Position numbers and translations under genes: made by a program. Source: Candidatus Flemingiibacterium sp. (GTDB lineage Bacteria > Bacillota > Clostridia > Oscillospirales > CAG-272). Taken from it: DNA of 64,000 bases. Below are positions 27,141-36,889 of this stretch, piece after piece. Location of the stretch: contig JAZNKS010000105.1 in the NCBI GenBank assembly GCA_045578725.1, positions 1,423-65,422 on the forward strand, written 5' to 3'. The notes beneath the pieces are model-generated. The model saw only the letters and a list, made by a program, of their open reading frames with translations, did not search any database and had not been told where the DNA came from. Each line of letters opens with the position of its first letter. Position 1 is the stretch's first letter.

Positions 27141-30100
27141 TTACTTGAAGTACTTGACGCCGGATTCAAACAGATGCTGATCCTTGTCGCCTTCAATATT
27201 GATCGCAACATTGTGACCGATACGCTCGCTGTGGCCCATCTTGCCGAGGATCCGGCCGTCGGGGCTGAGGATGCCTTCGATCGCCATGATCGATCCGTTG
27301 GGATTGTAGCGGATGTCCATCGTAGGATCGCCGTCCATATCCACATACTGGGTTGCGATCTGACCGTTGGCGGCCAGCTTGGAAACCAGCTCCTCGCTCG
27401 CCCAGAAGCGGCCTTCGCCGTGGGAGATCGGGATGGAGTGGATGTCACCGGCATTCACACCCATCAGCCACGGGGACTTGGTGGAGGCAATGCGGGTGCG
27501 GACCATCATCGACTGGTGACGGCCGATGGTGTTGAAGGTCAGGGTCGGGCAGTCGGGGCGCATCTCGTCCATGATCTTGCCGTAGGGCAGCAGACCGGAC
27601 TTGACCAGAGCCTGGAAGCCGTTGCAGATACCGAGCATCAGACCGTCGCGGTTTTCCAGCAGATCGGTCAGCGCTTCCTTCACACGGGGGTTACGGAGAA
27701 CGGCCGTGATGAACTTGCCGGAGCCATCGGGCTCGTCACCGCCGGAGAAGCCGCCGGGGATCATGAAGATCTGGGCCTGCTTAATCAGGGAAACCATCTC
27801 CTCGACCGCGCTCTCCAGAGCGTTCGCATCCAGATTGCGGAGGACGAAGATATCGGCTGCCGCACCGGCCGCTTTGAAGCGGCGCATGGTATCGTATTCG
27901 CAGTTGGTGCCCGGGAAGACCGGAATGACCACACGGGGACGGGCGAAGGTTTCGCCGTCATGGGTCTTGGCACGCTGATCGCAGGTGAAGGCCGCAACCT
28001 TCTCCGGCTTGATGGCGGCAACGCGGGTCGGGAATACCTTTTCAAGCGTGCCCTCCCAGGATGCCTGCAGCTCTTCGATGGTGAGCGAGGTATCACCGAT
28101 CGTAATCGAAGCATCGGCCACCGTCACGCCGAGCAGCTGACCGTCCAGCTCCTCATCGGTTTCCACGATGAAGGAACCGTAGCAGAGGCCGTACAGTGTC
28201 TTTGCATCCAGTACATCGCCCTTGAAGCCGATGCGGTTGCCAAAGCTCATCTTGACAAGGCCTTCGGCCACACCGCCGTTATCGACGGTCCAGACCGACA
28301 GCGCCTTGCCGGACTCGGTCAGCGAATGGATCTTATCAAACAAGGCGCGCAGGCTCTCGTAATCCGGGAGACCGTCCGCAGTATAGGCCGGCTTGAAGAG
28401 GTAAACCTTGCTGCCTGCCTTCTTGAATTCGGGGGTGATAACCTTGCCGGCTTCCATTGCGGCTACGGCAAAGGATACCAGCGTCGGCGGAACATCAATC
28501 TTCTCAAAGGTACCGGACATGGAGTCCTTACCGCCGATAGCGGCGATTCCAAGCTCCAGCTGGGCCTTCAGCGCGCCGAGCAGAGCCGCCATCGGCTTGC
28601 CCCAGCGCTTCGGCTGATTGTTGGTGCGCTCAAAATATTCCTGGAAGGTGAGATAGATATCCGAATACGGAACGCCGGCTGCAACCAGCTTGGCCGCCGA
28701 TTCCACAACCGCGAAGGCCGCACCGTGATACGGGCTCTTGGCCGACAGGAAGGGATCATAACCGTAGGCCATCAGCGAGGAGGTATCGGTTTCGCCCTCC
28801 AGCACCGGAATCTTGGCCGCCATGTACTGAGGCTGAGTCAGCTGATACCGGCCGCCGTACGGCATAACAACCGTGCCGGCACCGATGGAGCTGTCAAACT
28901 TCTCGACCAGACCGCGCTGGGAGCATACATTGAGATCGCCGATCAGCGCCTTCAGCGCTTCATCGGTCTTCTTGCCGGCAAGCTCGGCGGCAAAGCCGTC
29001 CAGAATGCCGTCGGTGTTGACTTCTTCGATTTCAATCGCGGTATGCTTCTCGGCACCGTTGGAGTTGAGGAACTCGCGGGACAGATCGATAATGTAATTG
29101 CCGTTCCAGAGCATCTTCAGACGGGCTTCCTCGGTAATGGTTGCCACGATGGTGGATTCCAGATTCTCGCGCGAAGCGTATTCGCGGAACTTCTCCGCAT
29201 CCTCGGCGGCAACAACAACCGCCATGCGCTCCTGCGACTCGGAAATGGCCAGTTCGGTGCCGTCCAGGCCCTCGTATTTCTTCGGAACCTTGGACAGATC
29301 GATCAGCAGACCGTCGGCCAGCTCGCCGATGGCTACCGATACGCCGCCGGCACCGAAGTCATTGCAGCGCTTGATGAGGCGGGTAACCTTCTCATCGCGG
29401 AAGAGGCGCTGAATCTTGCGCTCTTCGGGCGGATTACCCTTCTGAACCTCGGCACCGCAGGTGGTCAGCGACTCGGTGGTATGTGCCTTGGAGGAACCGG
29501 TTGCACCGCCGCAGCCGTCACGGCCGGTACGGCCGCCGAGCAGGATGATGACATCGCCGGGAGCCGGACGCTCGCGGACAACGTTCTTGGCCGGAGCGGC
29601 ACCGACAACGGCACCGATCTCCAGATGCTTTGCCACATAGTCGGGATGGTAGATCTCATAGACCGCGCCGGTAGCCAGACCGATCTGGTTTCCGTAGGAG
29701 GAATAACCGGCCGAAGCACCGTGGGTGATCTTGGACTGGGGAAGCTTGCCGGGAATGGTCTCGGCAACGGGCGTGCGGGGGTCTGCACAGCCGGTGACAC
29801 GCATCGCCTGATAGACATATGCACGGCCGGACAGCGGGTCGCGGATCGCGCCGCCAAGGCAGGTAGCCGCACCGCCGAAGGGCTCGATTTCGGTGGGATG
29901 GTTGTGCGTTTCGTTCTTGAACATGAGCAGCCACTCTTCGGGCTTGCCGTCTACTGTCGCGGTGATCTTGACCGAGCAGGCATTGATCTCCTCCGACTCG
30001 TCCAGATTCTTCAGAACGCCGGTCTTCTTGAGATACTTGGCGGCGATGGTCGCCATGTCCATCAGCGTGACATTCTTATGGCGCGCGCCGTATACAGCCT

Positions 30101-30863
30101 TGCGCTTTTCGATGTAATCCTCATAGGTTTCGCGGACAAAGTCGCTGCCGATCTTCACATCGTCAATCGCCGTGAGGAAGGTGGTGTGACGGCAATGGTC
30201 CGACCAGTACGAGTCGATCAGGCGGATCTCCGAAATGGTGGGATCACGCTTTTCTTCCTCTCTGAAATACTTCTGGCAGAATACAACATCGTCGAAATCC
30301 ATGGCCAGCGCGTACTTCTTGAGGAAGGCAGCAAGGGCATCGGCATCCATGCCGATGAAGCCATCGATCGTTTCCACGGTGGTGGGAATGTCGAACTGCT
30401 CGGCCAGCGTTTCAGGCTTATCAAGCGAAGCCTCACGGCTCTCAACCGGGTTGATCACATAGCTCTTAATCTTTTCGACCTCGGCATCGGTAAGTGCGCC
30501 GGAGAGAATGTATACCCTTGCCGTACGGACGGCCGGGCGGTCCTCATAGGTAATCAGCTGTACGCACTGGGCGCAGGAATCCGCGCGCTGGTCAAACTGA
30601 CCGGGCAGATATTCCACAGCAAAAATATGCTCGCCCTCGGAAGCCGTAACATCATCGAAAATGATGTCGCTCTGCGGCTCGGAGAAGATCGTATTCTTCG
30701 CCTTAGCAAAGATATCGGCAGAGATGCCTTCAATATCGTAGCGATTGAGCAGGCGCAGATCATTAAGCGCGGTAATCATCAGATTCTCGCGGATATCCGC
30801 CAGAAGAGAACGTGCTTCGGTTGCGTGTGCGGGCTGTTTTTCAACAAAAATTCTATATACCAT
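27141..30863 (-). CDS. purL: phosphoribosylformylglycinamidine synthase, single-chain form
   Basis: WSDHCRH, KNETHNHPTEIEPFGGAAT, DFGAGG; intact glutaminase domain PGGFSGGD, GICNGFQ, MGHSER. Confidence 0.97.
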   Translation of the reverse strand: MVYRIFVEKQPAHATEARSLLADIRENLMITALNDLRLLNRYDIEGISADIFAKAKNTIFSEPQSDIIFDDVTASEGEHIFAVEYLPGQFDQRADSCAQCVQLITYEDRPAVRTARVYILSGALTDAEVEKIKSYVINPVESREASLDKPETLAEQFDIPTTVETIDGFIGMDADALAAFLKKYALAMDFDDVVFCQKYFREEEKRDPTISEIRLIDSYWSDHCRHTTFLTAIDDVKIGSDFVRETYEDYIEKRKAVYGARHKNVTLMDMATIAAKYLKKTGVLKNLDESEEINACSVKITATVDGKPEEWLLMFKNETHNHPTEIEPFGGAATCLGGAIRDPLSGRAYVYQAMRVTGCADPRTPVAETIPGKLPQSKITHGASAGYSSYGNQIGLATGAVYEIYHPDYVAKHLEIGAVVGAAPAKNVVRERPAPGDVIILLGGRTGRDGCGGATGSSKAHTTESLTTCGAEVQKGNPPEERKIQRLFRDEKVTRLIKRCNDFGAGGVSVAIGELADGLLIDLSKVPKKYEGLDGTELAISESQERMAVVVAAEDAEKFREYASRENLESTIVATITEEARLKMLWNGNYIIDLSREFLNSNGAEKHTAIEIEEVNTDGILDGFAAELAGKKTDEALKALIGDLNVCSQRGLVEKFDSSIGAGTVVMPYGGRYQLTQPQYMAAKIPVLEGETDTSSLMAYGYDPFLSAKSPYHGAAFAVVESAAKLVAAGVPYSDIYLTFQEYFERTNNQPKRWGKPMAALLGALKAQLELGIAAIGGKDSMSGTFEKIDVPPTLVSFAVAAMEAGKVITPEFKKAGSKVYLFKPAYTADGLPDYESLRALFDKIHSLTESGKALSVWTVDNGGVAEGLVKMSFGNRIGFKGDVLDAKTLYGLCYGSFIVETDEELDGQLLGVTVADASITIGDTSLTIEELQASWEGTLEKVFPTRVAAIKPEKVAAFTCDQRAKTHDGETFARPRVVIPVFPGTNCEYDTMRRFKAAGAAADIFVLRNLDANALESAVEEMVSLIKQAQIFMIPGGFSGGDEPDGSGKFITAVLRNPRVKEALTDLLENRDGLMLGICNGFQALVKSGLLPYGKIMDEMRPDCPTLTFNTIGRHQSMMVRTRIASTKSPWLMGVNAGDIHSIPISHGEGRFWASEELVSKLAANGQIATQYVDMDGDPTMDIRYNPNGSIMAIEGILSPDGRILGKMGHSERIGHNVAINIEGDKDQHLFESGVKYFK

Positions 30864-30884
30864 ATTCCGATTCCCTCAAACCTT

Positions 30885-32213
30885 TCACAAAATAAATCCG
30901 GTGTAGACATTGCCGTCGAAGCCGTTCAGCTTGACGGTGCGTACTTCATTGTGCAGTTCCAGCGGCGTGATGACCGATACCTCAAGAAATTCCGGCGTAT
31001 GACCGATGGCCCGTCCTTCCTCGCAGAGCTCGAACAGAACCTCGCACTTGCGGCCGACATAGCCTTCCGCCAGCGAGAATGCCGTTTCGCGGCCAACCTG
31101 CTCCATGCGGGCGGCCCGGTCGGTCTTGATATCGCGTGGAATCTGATTCTCCCATTCGGCGGCTTCCGTTCCCGCACGTCTGGAATACGGGAAAATATGC
31201 AGGTGGATAAATCCGACCCGGCGGACAAATGCCGCGGTTTCTTCAAACTGCTCCTCTGTTTCACCGGGGAAGCCGACAATCACATCTGCCGCAAATGTTG
31301 CATCCGGGATGGCTTCACGGATTCTGGCAATGCCCTCCTCAGCCATCGCCACCGTATATTTCCGGCGCATGGAGGCAAGCACGGCATCGCTGCCCGACTG
31401 CATGGAGATGTGGAAATGCGGCGCAAGATTCTTCAGTCCGGCCAGGCGGGAAACAAACTCCTCCTTCAGGCAGGACGGATCCAGCGAACCCAGGCGGATC
31501 CGCTCAATGCCCTCCACCCGGTCCACAGCCTCCAGAAGATCGGCAAGGCCGATTCCGTCATCGAAATCCTTGCCGTACGAAGCGGTTTCGATGCCGGTCA
31601 GCACAATCTCGCGGTATCCCGCGCCGGCAAGGCCCTTCACCTCGTCAACAATTTCATCCAGCGCACGGGAGCGAACATGGCCGCGTGCCTGCGGAATGAC
31701 GCAGTAAGCACAGCGTCCGTCGCATCCATCCTCGATTTTGACATAAGCACGGGTCCGGTCGGACGAATGTATCGTCATTGCCTCATACGGCGCGCTCATG
31801 ATATCATCAACCTTGATATCAGCTGCAGAATTCTTTTCGCCCGAGGCAACAAGGCCGAGAGCCGCATCCACCAGGCGGAGCTTGTTGCTGCAGCCGCAGA
31901 CGAAATCGACACCGTCAATGCCGGCGGTCTTTCCGGGATTCAGCTGCGAATAGCAGCCCGTAACAAGAACATACGCATTCGGATTGTGGCGTGCAGCACG
32001 GCGGATCATCTGCCGTGTCTTTCGGTCACTTTCTGAAGTGACCGTACAGGTATTGATTACATAAATTCCGCATTTTTCGGAGAAACGGCCGATAACAAAG
32101 CCGTGCTTTGCAAATTCCTCCGCAATGGCGGAGCTTTCATACTGATTAACCTTACAGCCGAGAGTCATGATGCCGACTCTGCGGGCTACGGATTTTTTCT
32201 CGATTTTAACCAC
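30885..32213 (-). CDS. mtaB: tRNA t6A37 methylthiotransferase MtaB (radical SAM); start uncertain
   Basis: TLGCKVNQYE, NTCTVT, VTGCY, GCDGRCAYC, IVGFPGET, HIFPYSRRAGT. Confidence 0.9.
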   Translation of the reverse strand: MVKIEKKSVARRVGIMTLGCKVNQYESSAIAEEFAKHGFVIGRFSEKCGIYVINTCTVTSESDRKTRQMIRRAARHNPNAYVLVTGCYSQLNPGKTAGIDGVDFVCGCSNKLRLVDAALGLVASGEKNSAADIKVDDIMSAPYEAMTIHSSDRTRAYVKIEDGCDGRCAYCVIPQARGHVRSRALDEIVDEVKGLAGAGYREIVLTGIETASYGKDFDDGIGLADLLEAVDRVEGIERIRLGSLDPSCLKEEFVSRLAGLKNLAPHFHISMQSGSDAVLASMRRKYTVAMAEEGIARIREAIPDATFAADVIVGFPGETEEQFEETAAFVRRVGFIHLHIFPYSRRAGTEAAEWENQIPRDIKTDRAARMEQVGRETAFSLAEGYVGRKCEVLFELCEEGRAIGHTPEFLEVSVITPLELHNEVRTVKLNGFDGNVYTGFIL

Positions 32214-32370
32214 CCCAACTTTACTCAAAAAACAGTATTGCCGCATTACAAGCATAAAGTCTCATAATACTATATATTGTAACATTTTTCGTCGATTGTG
32301 TAAATATCCATAACGCCGAAGTTTCGAATTTGTTTTGAAAAGTTACTGACGATAATCAACAAACTACGCA

Positions 32371-32418
32371 ATTTGCGCCTTTCATTTTGGTGCTATTACC
32401 AAAACAAAAGGCGCAAAT
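32371..32418 (-). terminator. hairpin after oxidoreductase gene
   Basis: ATTTGCGCCTTT...AAAGGCGCAAAT inverted repeat. Confidence 0.6.
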
Positions 32419-32457
32419 CCGGGAATGCTTATTCAATTAACCGTCGTGCAGACACCT

Positions 32458-33591
32458 TCACAGCTTTTCGGGAAGCGTTTCGCCATCGTAAATGCCGCGC
32501 AGTTTTTCATACAAGCCATCCACATAGGTCAGTTCATCCGGTCCCATCCGCTTTTCATCCTCACCAAAGATGCGGATTTCCTGATCGGCCAGCCCGGCAA
32601 TGCAGCGCACCTGCGCCGATGCTGTTTCGATGCCGCAGGGGACAAAGGGCTTATCCGCCGTGACATTGGCAATGGCAATGTCCAGCTTGAGAATCTCATC
32701 GGCAAACGGATCACCGTAATCGCGAACCGTTCCATCCTTCATCCGGCCGATGATTCTCTTATTGGCCCCTTCTTCAAAGGAGATTGTGCCCTTGGAGAAC
32801 CGATAGGAGAAGATCGGATGCAGAGTACAGTCAATCGCGTGGGAGGCAATAAACAACGCCTTCGCACCATTTTCAAAGGAGCAGCTCATCGCAATCGTGT
32901 CGAAGTTTTCAATCTCATTGGCCCGTGCAAGCAGCGCCTTTGCGGCAATCGGCTCGCAGACGGCATCCAGCGCAGAGCCGAGCACGAAAAAGATATTGTG
33001 CAGATAATGGGCAGTCGCATTGTTGGCTACGCTGTCCAAAATCAGCGTACCGTCATCGGCGCGGCGCTTTCCGGCCCAGCCGCTTCCGCGCTTGTAATAA
33101 GCCTTGTTGCGCGGCCAGAGAATCAGCGTCTTCAGGAATTCCGGCTCGCCGTACATACCGGCCATGATATCCTGCTTCATATTGAGAATAGCCTCGCTGT
33201 GCGACCACTGATAGCCGATCATGACAAACTTCTTTGCCTCATCGCGGGCGGCAATCAGCTCCGGGATATCGCTCACATCACCGGTAAGCGGCTTTTCGCA
33301 GAGGACATTGCTTCCCTTCGACAGCGCCAGCTTGATCTGACGGGTATGGAAGGCAATCGGCGTGGACAGAACCGCCAAATCACAGGTATTCTCCGCATAG
33401 AATTCATCAACGGTGCGATAAATCTTCCAGCCGCGTTCCTTTACTTCCTCCATGCGGCGGCAGCTTTCGGGGAACGGCTCAACAAGGCCGACGACCTTCA
33501 CAATGCCTTCCTTCTCGCGCTGGAGCAGGCGGCGGAGATAGTTGTCGCCGTATCCTCCGATACCGGCGAGCATAACACTTACGCAGGACAT
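32458..33591 (-). CDS. Gfo/Idh/MocA family NAD(P)-dependent oxidoreductase
   Basis: AGIGGYG Rossmann motif, STPIAFH, VLCEKP; ATG 33591 with GGAGG RBS. Confidence 0.9.
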   Translation of the reverse strand: MSCVSVMLAGIGGYGDNYLRRLLQREKEGIVKVVGLVEPFPESCRRMEEVKERGWKIYRTVDEFYAENTCDLAVLSTPIAFHTRQIKLALSKGSNVLCEKPLTGDVSDIPELIAARDEAKKFVMIGYQWSHSEAILNMKQDIMAGMYGEPEFLKTLILWPRNKAYYKRGSGWAGKRRADDGTLILDSVANNATAHYLHNIFFVLGSALDAVCEPIAAKALLARANEIENFDTIAMSCSFENGAKALFIASHAIDCTLHPIFSYRFSKGTISFEEGANKRIIGRMKDGTVRDYGDPFADEILKLDIAIANVTADKPFVPCGIETASAQVRCIAGLADQEIRIFGEDEKRMGPDELTYVDGLYEKLRGIYDGETLPEKL

Positions 33592-33719
33592 AACACAAAC
33601 CTCCAAATAATAATAAGCTGTTTCCATTATAAAACGCCGCCCGCATTTTGTCAACGCAGGCGGCGCTTTTTGCTCGATTTTCCCGAAAAATCCTCGGAAT
33701 CGGTTGATAATCTGAAATC

Positions 33720-35369
33720 TTATGCCAGCAGAGAATTGATCTTTTCCCGAAGTCCGAGCAGATAATCCTGCCCCGTCGGATATTTTACGAAGGTGAGCGG
33801 TTCCGTGCAGGCTTCCTCAATCAGCGCCAGAACCGCATCGCGTCCGATCTTCGCTTCCAGCAGCTGGAGGGCACGCATATCCTGAAGGCCTTCATAGAAC
33901 TGCAGAGCGTGGAGCGATTCCATCGCCTTGCCGTCCGGTCCGGGATATACGGAGCAGGTGTCGCCGGCGGGCACGAAGTAGTCACCGCAGGTATCCACAA
34001 ACGGATTGAGCTTGTGAAGCGAATACTGGCTGTACCAGAAATTGAAGCCCCACTGCAGGAAGCCGACAATCGCGAACTTGTACAGCTGAACGCCCAGAAT
34101 ACGGGTGCGCTGACCGGGCATCGACAAAAAGCGGTTGGATGTATTCTGATGCTGACCGCAGCAGTAATAGGTCCAGAGCTCCGGTACCTTGTTTTCAAGG
34201 AAGGGGCCGATGGCGTTGGTCGCGGGAATCGGCGTTTCCACCAGACCGGATTCGTAGTAATCGTAGTGCGAAAGCGCATCCATTGTCTTGTAATCCTTCA
34301 GCAGATCGGCGACCTGTGCCTTCGCGGCCACATAGCTCTCCAGATGCTCGATCGTGGGCTCATCCGAGATGTGGAACCAGCATTTTTTGTCAATTCCAAG
34401 CTCCTTCAGATGGGCCAGCAGCGCCGTCAGGAAGCTGCGGATAAAGCACCCGTATTCTTCACCGGCCGCATCGGTTTCCCAGCCGAAGATTTTTTTCACC
34501 TCGCCGTCTACTGCGGCAACAACCTTCGGCGCGTGCTTGGCGCCCCACTGGGTGAAGAAATGTGCGATTTCAAAATACTTCATACCGCAGTCCTGTGCCA
34601 GCTTTACATAGCGGTCCAGCTTATCAAATCCAAAGGTGTAGGCATCGCCATTTTTGATGACATCCACCAGCTGAACGGTCGGGCGCTCATGGCCGACGGC
34701 CGTATCCAGCGGAGGCGTGAAGACCGGTGTCAGAATCATATTGATGCCGCACCGTCTTGCCGCCTTCATATAATTGCCGACGATCTCCCAATGCCGCTCG
34801 GAGAAGACCTCGCACTCATACCAGGTCGCCAGACAGTCATTGTGGAACCACTGGGTATGCATCAGGGTCTGCTCGGGAAGCATGGCATCGATAACCGTGA
34901 TTTCGATCGACGTTGAGAAAACCTCCTCGCCCCATGTCACCGTGAATTCCAGCGGATAGGTGCCGGGGGCCAGGCCCTCTTCGTTCTCGATTGTAATCAT
35001 CAGCGTCTGAAGCTGCTTGTAGGCTACCATCAGCTGCTGGGACTCCGTGATCGGTGTCAGCAGATCAGGATACATTCCCGGCTCGGTGCGGAGGTAGTTC
35101 TCATTAGGAAATTCCGGATAGACCGGCATCTGTACCGGCAGAGAATCCACCTTTGACACGGTGATGGCATCGGCCAACGGGCTTTCGATATGCCAGCGGC
35201 ACATCGCCTTGGGTTTGCCCGAGGGGTCCTCGGTTGTGTACGCTGCCTGAAGGGACAGACGCTCATTGCGGAGCATGGAAATTTTCTCCAGCTGTGTCTT
35301 GCCCGCAATCGACTCATCGAGGAAGCATTTTTCCATCGACGAGAGGATTTTCAGTTCCATGTTTGCCAT
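33720..35369 (-). CDS. DUF4091 / GH123-like glycoside hydrolase, cytoplasmic
   Basis: HISDEP acidic pair, WTYYCC, GFLQWGFNFW, GDTCSVYPG, EGLQDMRALQLL; no signal peptide. Confidence 0.72.
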   Translation of the reverse strand: MANMELKILSSMEKCFLDESIAGKTQLEKISMLRNERLSLQAAYTTEDPSGKPKAMCRWHIESPLADAITVSKVDSLPVQMPVYPEFPNENYLRTEPGMYPDLLTPITESQQLMVAYKQLQTLMITIENEEGLAPGTYPLEFTVTWGEEVFSTSIEITVIDAMLPEQTLMHTQWFHNDCLATWYECEVFSERHWEIVGNYMKAARRCGINMILTPVFTPPLDTAVGHERPTVQLVDVIKNGDAYTFGFDKLDRYVKLAQDCGMKYFEIAHFFTQWGAKHAPKVVAAVDGEVKKIFGWETDAAGEEYGCFIRSFLTALLAHLKELGIDKKCWFHISDEPTIEHLESYVAAKAQVADLLKDYKTMDALSHYDYYESGLVETPIPATNAIGPFLENKVPELWTYYCCGQHQNTSNRFLSMPGQRTRILGVQLYKFAIVGFLQWGFNFWYSQYSLHKLNPFVDTCGDYFVPAGDTCSVYPGPDGKAMESLHALQFYEGLQDMRALQLLEAKIGRDAVLALIEEACTEPLTFVKYPTGQDYLLGLREKINSLLA

Positions 35370-35424
35370 AATTTTCTTTCCTTTCTATTTTTGCGGCATA
35401 AGCTGCCGAAAAAACCAAAGCATT

Positions 35425-36879
35425 TCAGCTCTTGCGCCATGTGGTCGGCGCAAACAGAAGCAGCAGGGGGAAGATTTCAAGTCTTCCGGCCAGCATGACA
35501 GCCGAAAGCAGCAGCTTGGTCGCGGTGTGCAGGAATCCGAAATTCGCCGCCGGTCCCACCGACCCAAGGCCCGGACCGATGTTGTTCAGGCAGGCGGCCA
35601 CCGCGGTGAATCCGGTCACAAGATCGCACTCCTCCAGAATCTCCACCGCCAGGAACGCTCCGACGAAGAGAACTCCGTACACAATGATAAAGGAAGTCGC
35701 GCCCCGTACCGTTTCATGATCCACTGCCTTGCCTTCCATCTTGACAGCAGCAACAGCGCGAGGATGGAGCATATATTTGATCTCACGCAATCCGGTTTTG
35801 ACCAGCAGGATAACACGTCCGATCTTAATGCCGCCTGCGGTCGAGCCCGCGCAGGCACCGCTGAACATCAGCAGCACGAGAACCGCCTGTGACAGCGCCG
35901 GCCACTGATTGAAATCCGCCGTGGCAAAGCCGGTCGTTGTCATGATGGATGCCACCTGGAAGAAGGAATAGCGGATCGCCTCGGATACGCTTCCGTACAG
36001 GCGGTAAATATCGACTGCAATAATGGTAGTGGCGCTCAAAAGCATCGCCAGATACCAATGCAGCTCCTCACTTTTGAACACCTGAACCGCCTGTCCGAGC
36101 AGGATCATATAAAACAGGTTGAAATTGATGCCGAACAGCACCATGAAGATGCCGATGACATATTCGGCATACACGCTGTCATAGGCTCCGATGCCGGCAT
36201 TGCGGATGCTGAAGCCACCGGTTCCGGCTGTGCCGAAGGCGTTGAGAAGGCTGTCAAAGAAGGGCATCCGTCCAATCAGCAGGAAGACAACCAGTACAGC
36301 CGTCATGACAATGTAGATGCCGTACATAATCCGGGCGGTCTTGCTGATTTTGGAAACCAGCTTTCCGACCTTCGGGCCGGGGACCTCCGCGCGCATGACG
36401 TGCATCATCTTTCCCGAGCCTGTGCCCGCCTGCGGCAGGACCGCCATGACAAACACCAGTACCCCCATGCCGCCGATCCAATGGGTAAAGCTCCGCCAGA
36501 ATAAGATCCCCTTCCCGAGCGATTCCACGTCCGAAAGGATGCTTGCACCCGTGGTTGTGAAGCCGGACACCGTTTCAAACAGCGCATCCGCGTAGGATGG
36601 GACCCATCCGCCGATCACAAAGGGAAGCGCACCGATCAGCGAGAGCAGGATCCAGGCAAGTCCGACGGTGACAAAGCCCTCTCTGGCAAAAAAGGTTGAT
36701 TCAGCCGGCTTGCGGAGAGTCAGCAGCGTTCCGGCAAGGATGGCGCCCCCCGCCGGACCCATGAAGGCAATCAGCGGATCCTCGCCGTAAATCAGCATAC
36801 AGATCACCGAAGGCAGCATCAGAATTCCCTCGATGCGGACGATCTGGCCGATCAGATAAGCTATCATTCTGTAATTCAT
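35425..36879 (-). CDS. trkH: Trk potassium uptake membrane protein
   Basis: FETVSGFTTTGAS, WIGGMG, AGTGGF, TTTGFAT, GSTAGGIK, NNIGPG pore loops. Confidence 0.95.
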   Translation of the reverse strand: MNYRMIAYLIGQIVRIEGILMLPSVICMLIYGEDPLIAFMGPAGGAILAGTLLTLRKPAESTFFAREGFVTVGLAWILLSLIGALPFVIGGWVPSYADALFETVSGFTTTGASILSDVESLGKGILFWRSFTHWIGGMGVLVFVMAVLPQAGTGSGKMMHVMRAEVPGPKVGKLVSKISKTARIMYGIYIVMTAVLVVFLLIGRMPFFDSLLNAFGTAGTGGFSIRNAGIGAYDSVYAEYVIGIFMVLFGINFNLFYMILLGQAVQVFKSEELHWYLAMLLSATTIIAVDIYRLYGSVSEAIRYSFFQVASIMTTTGFATADFNQWPALSQAVLVLLMFSGACAGSTAGGIKIGRVILLVKTGLREIKYMLHPRAVAAVKMEGKAVDHETVRGATSFIIVYGVLFVGAFLAVEILEECDLVTGFTAVAACLNNIGPGLGSVGPAANFGFLHTATKLLLSAVMLAGRLEIFPLLLLFAPTTWRKS

Positions 36880-36889
36880 CGTCTCAGCC

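Noticed and set aside
27108..32036. 1642-aa plus-strand ORF
   Set aside because: Antisense shadow of purL and mtaB, which happen to share a frame (21-nt gap); no recognisable motifs; starts inside a terminator hairpin.
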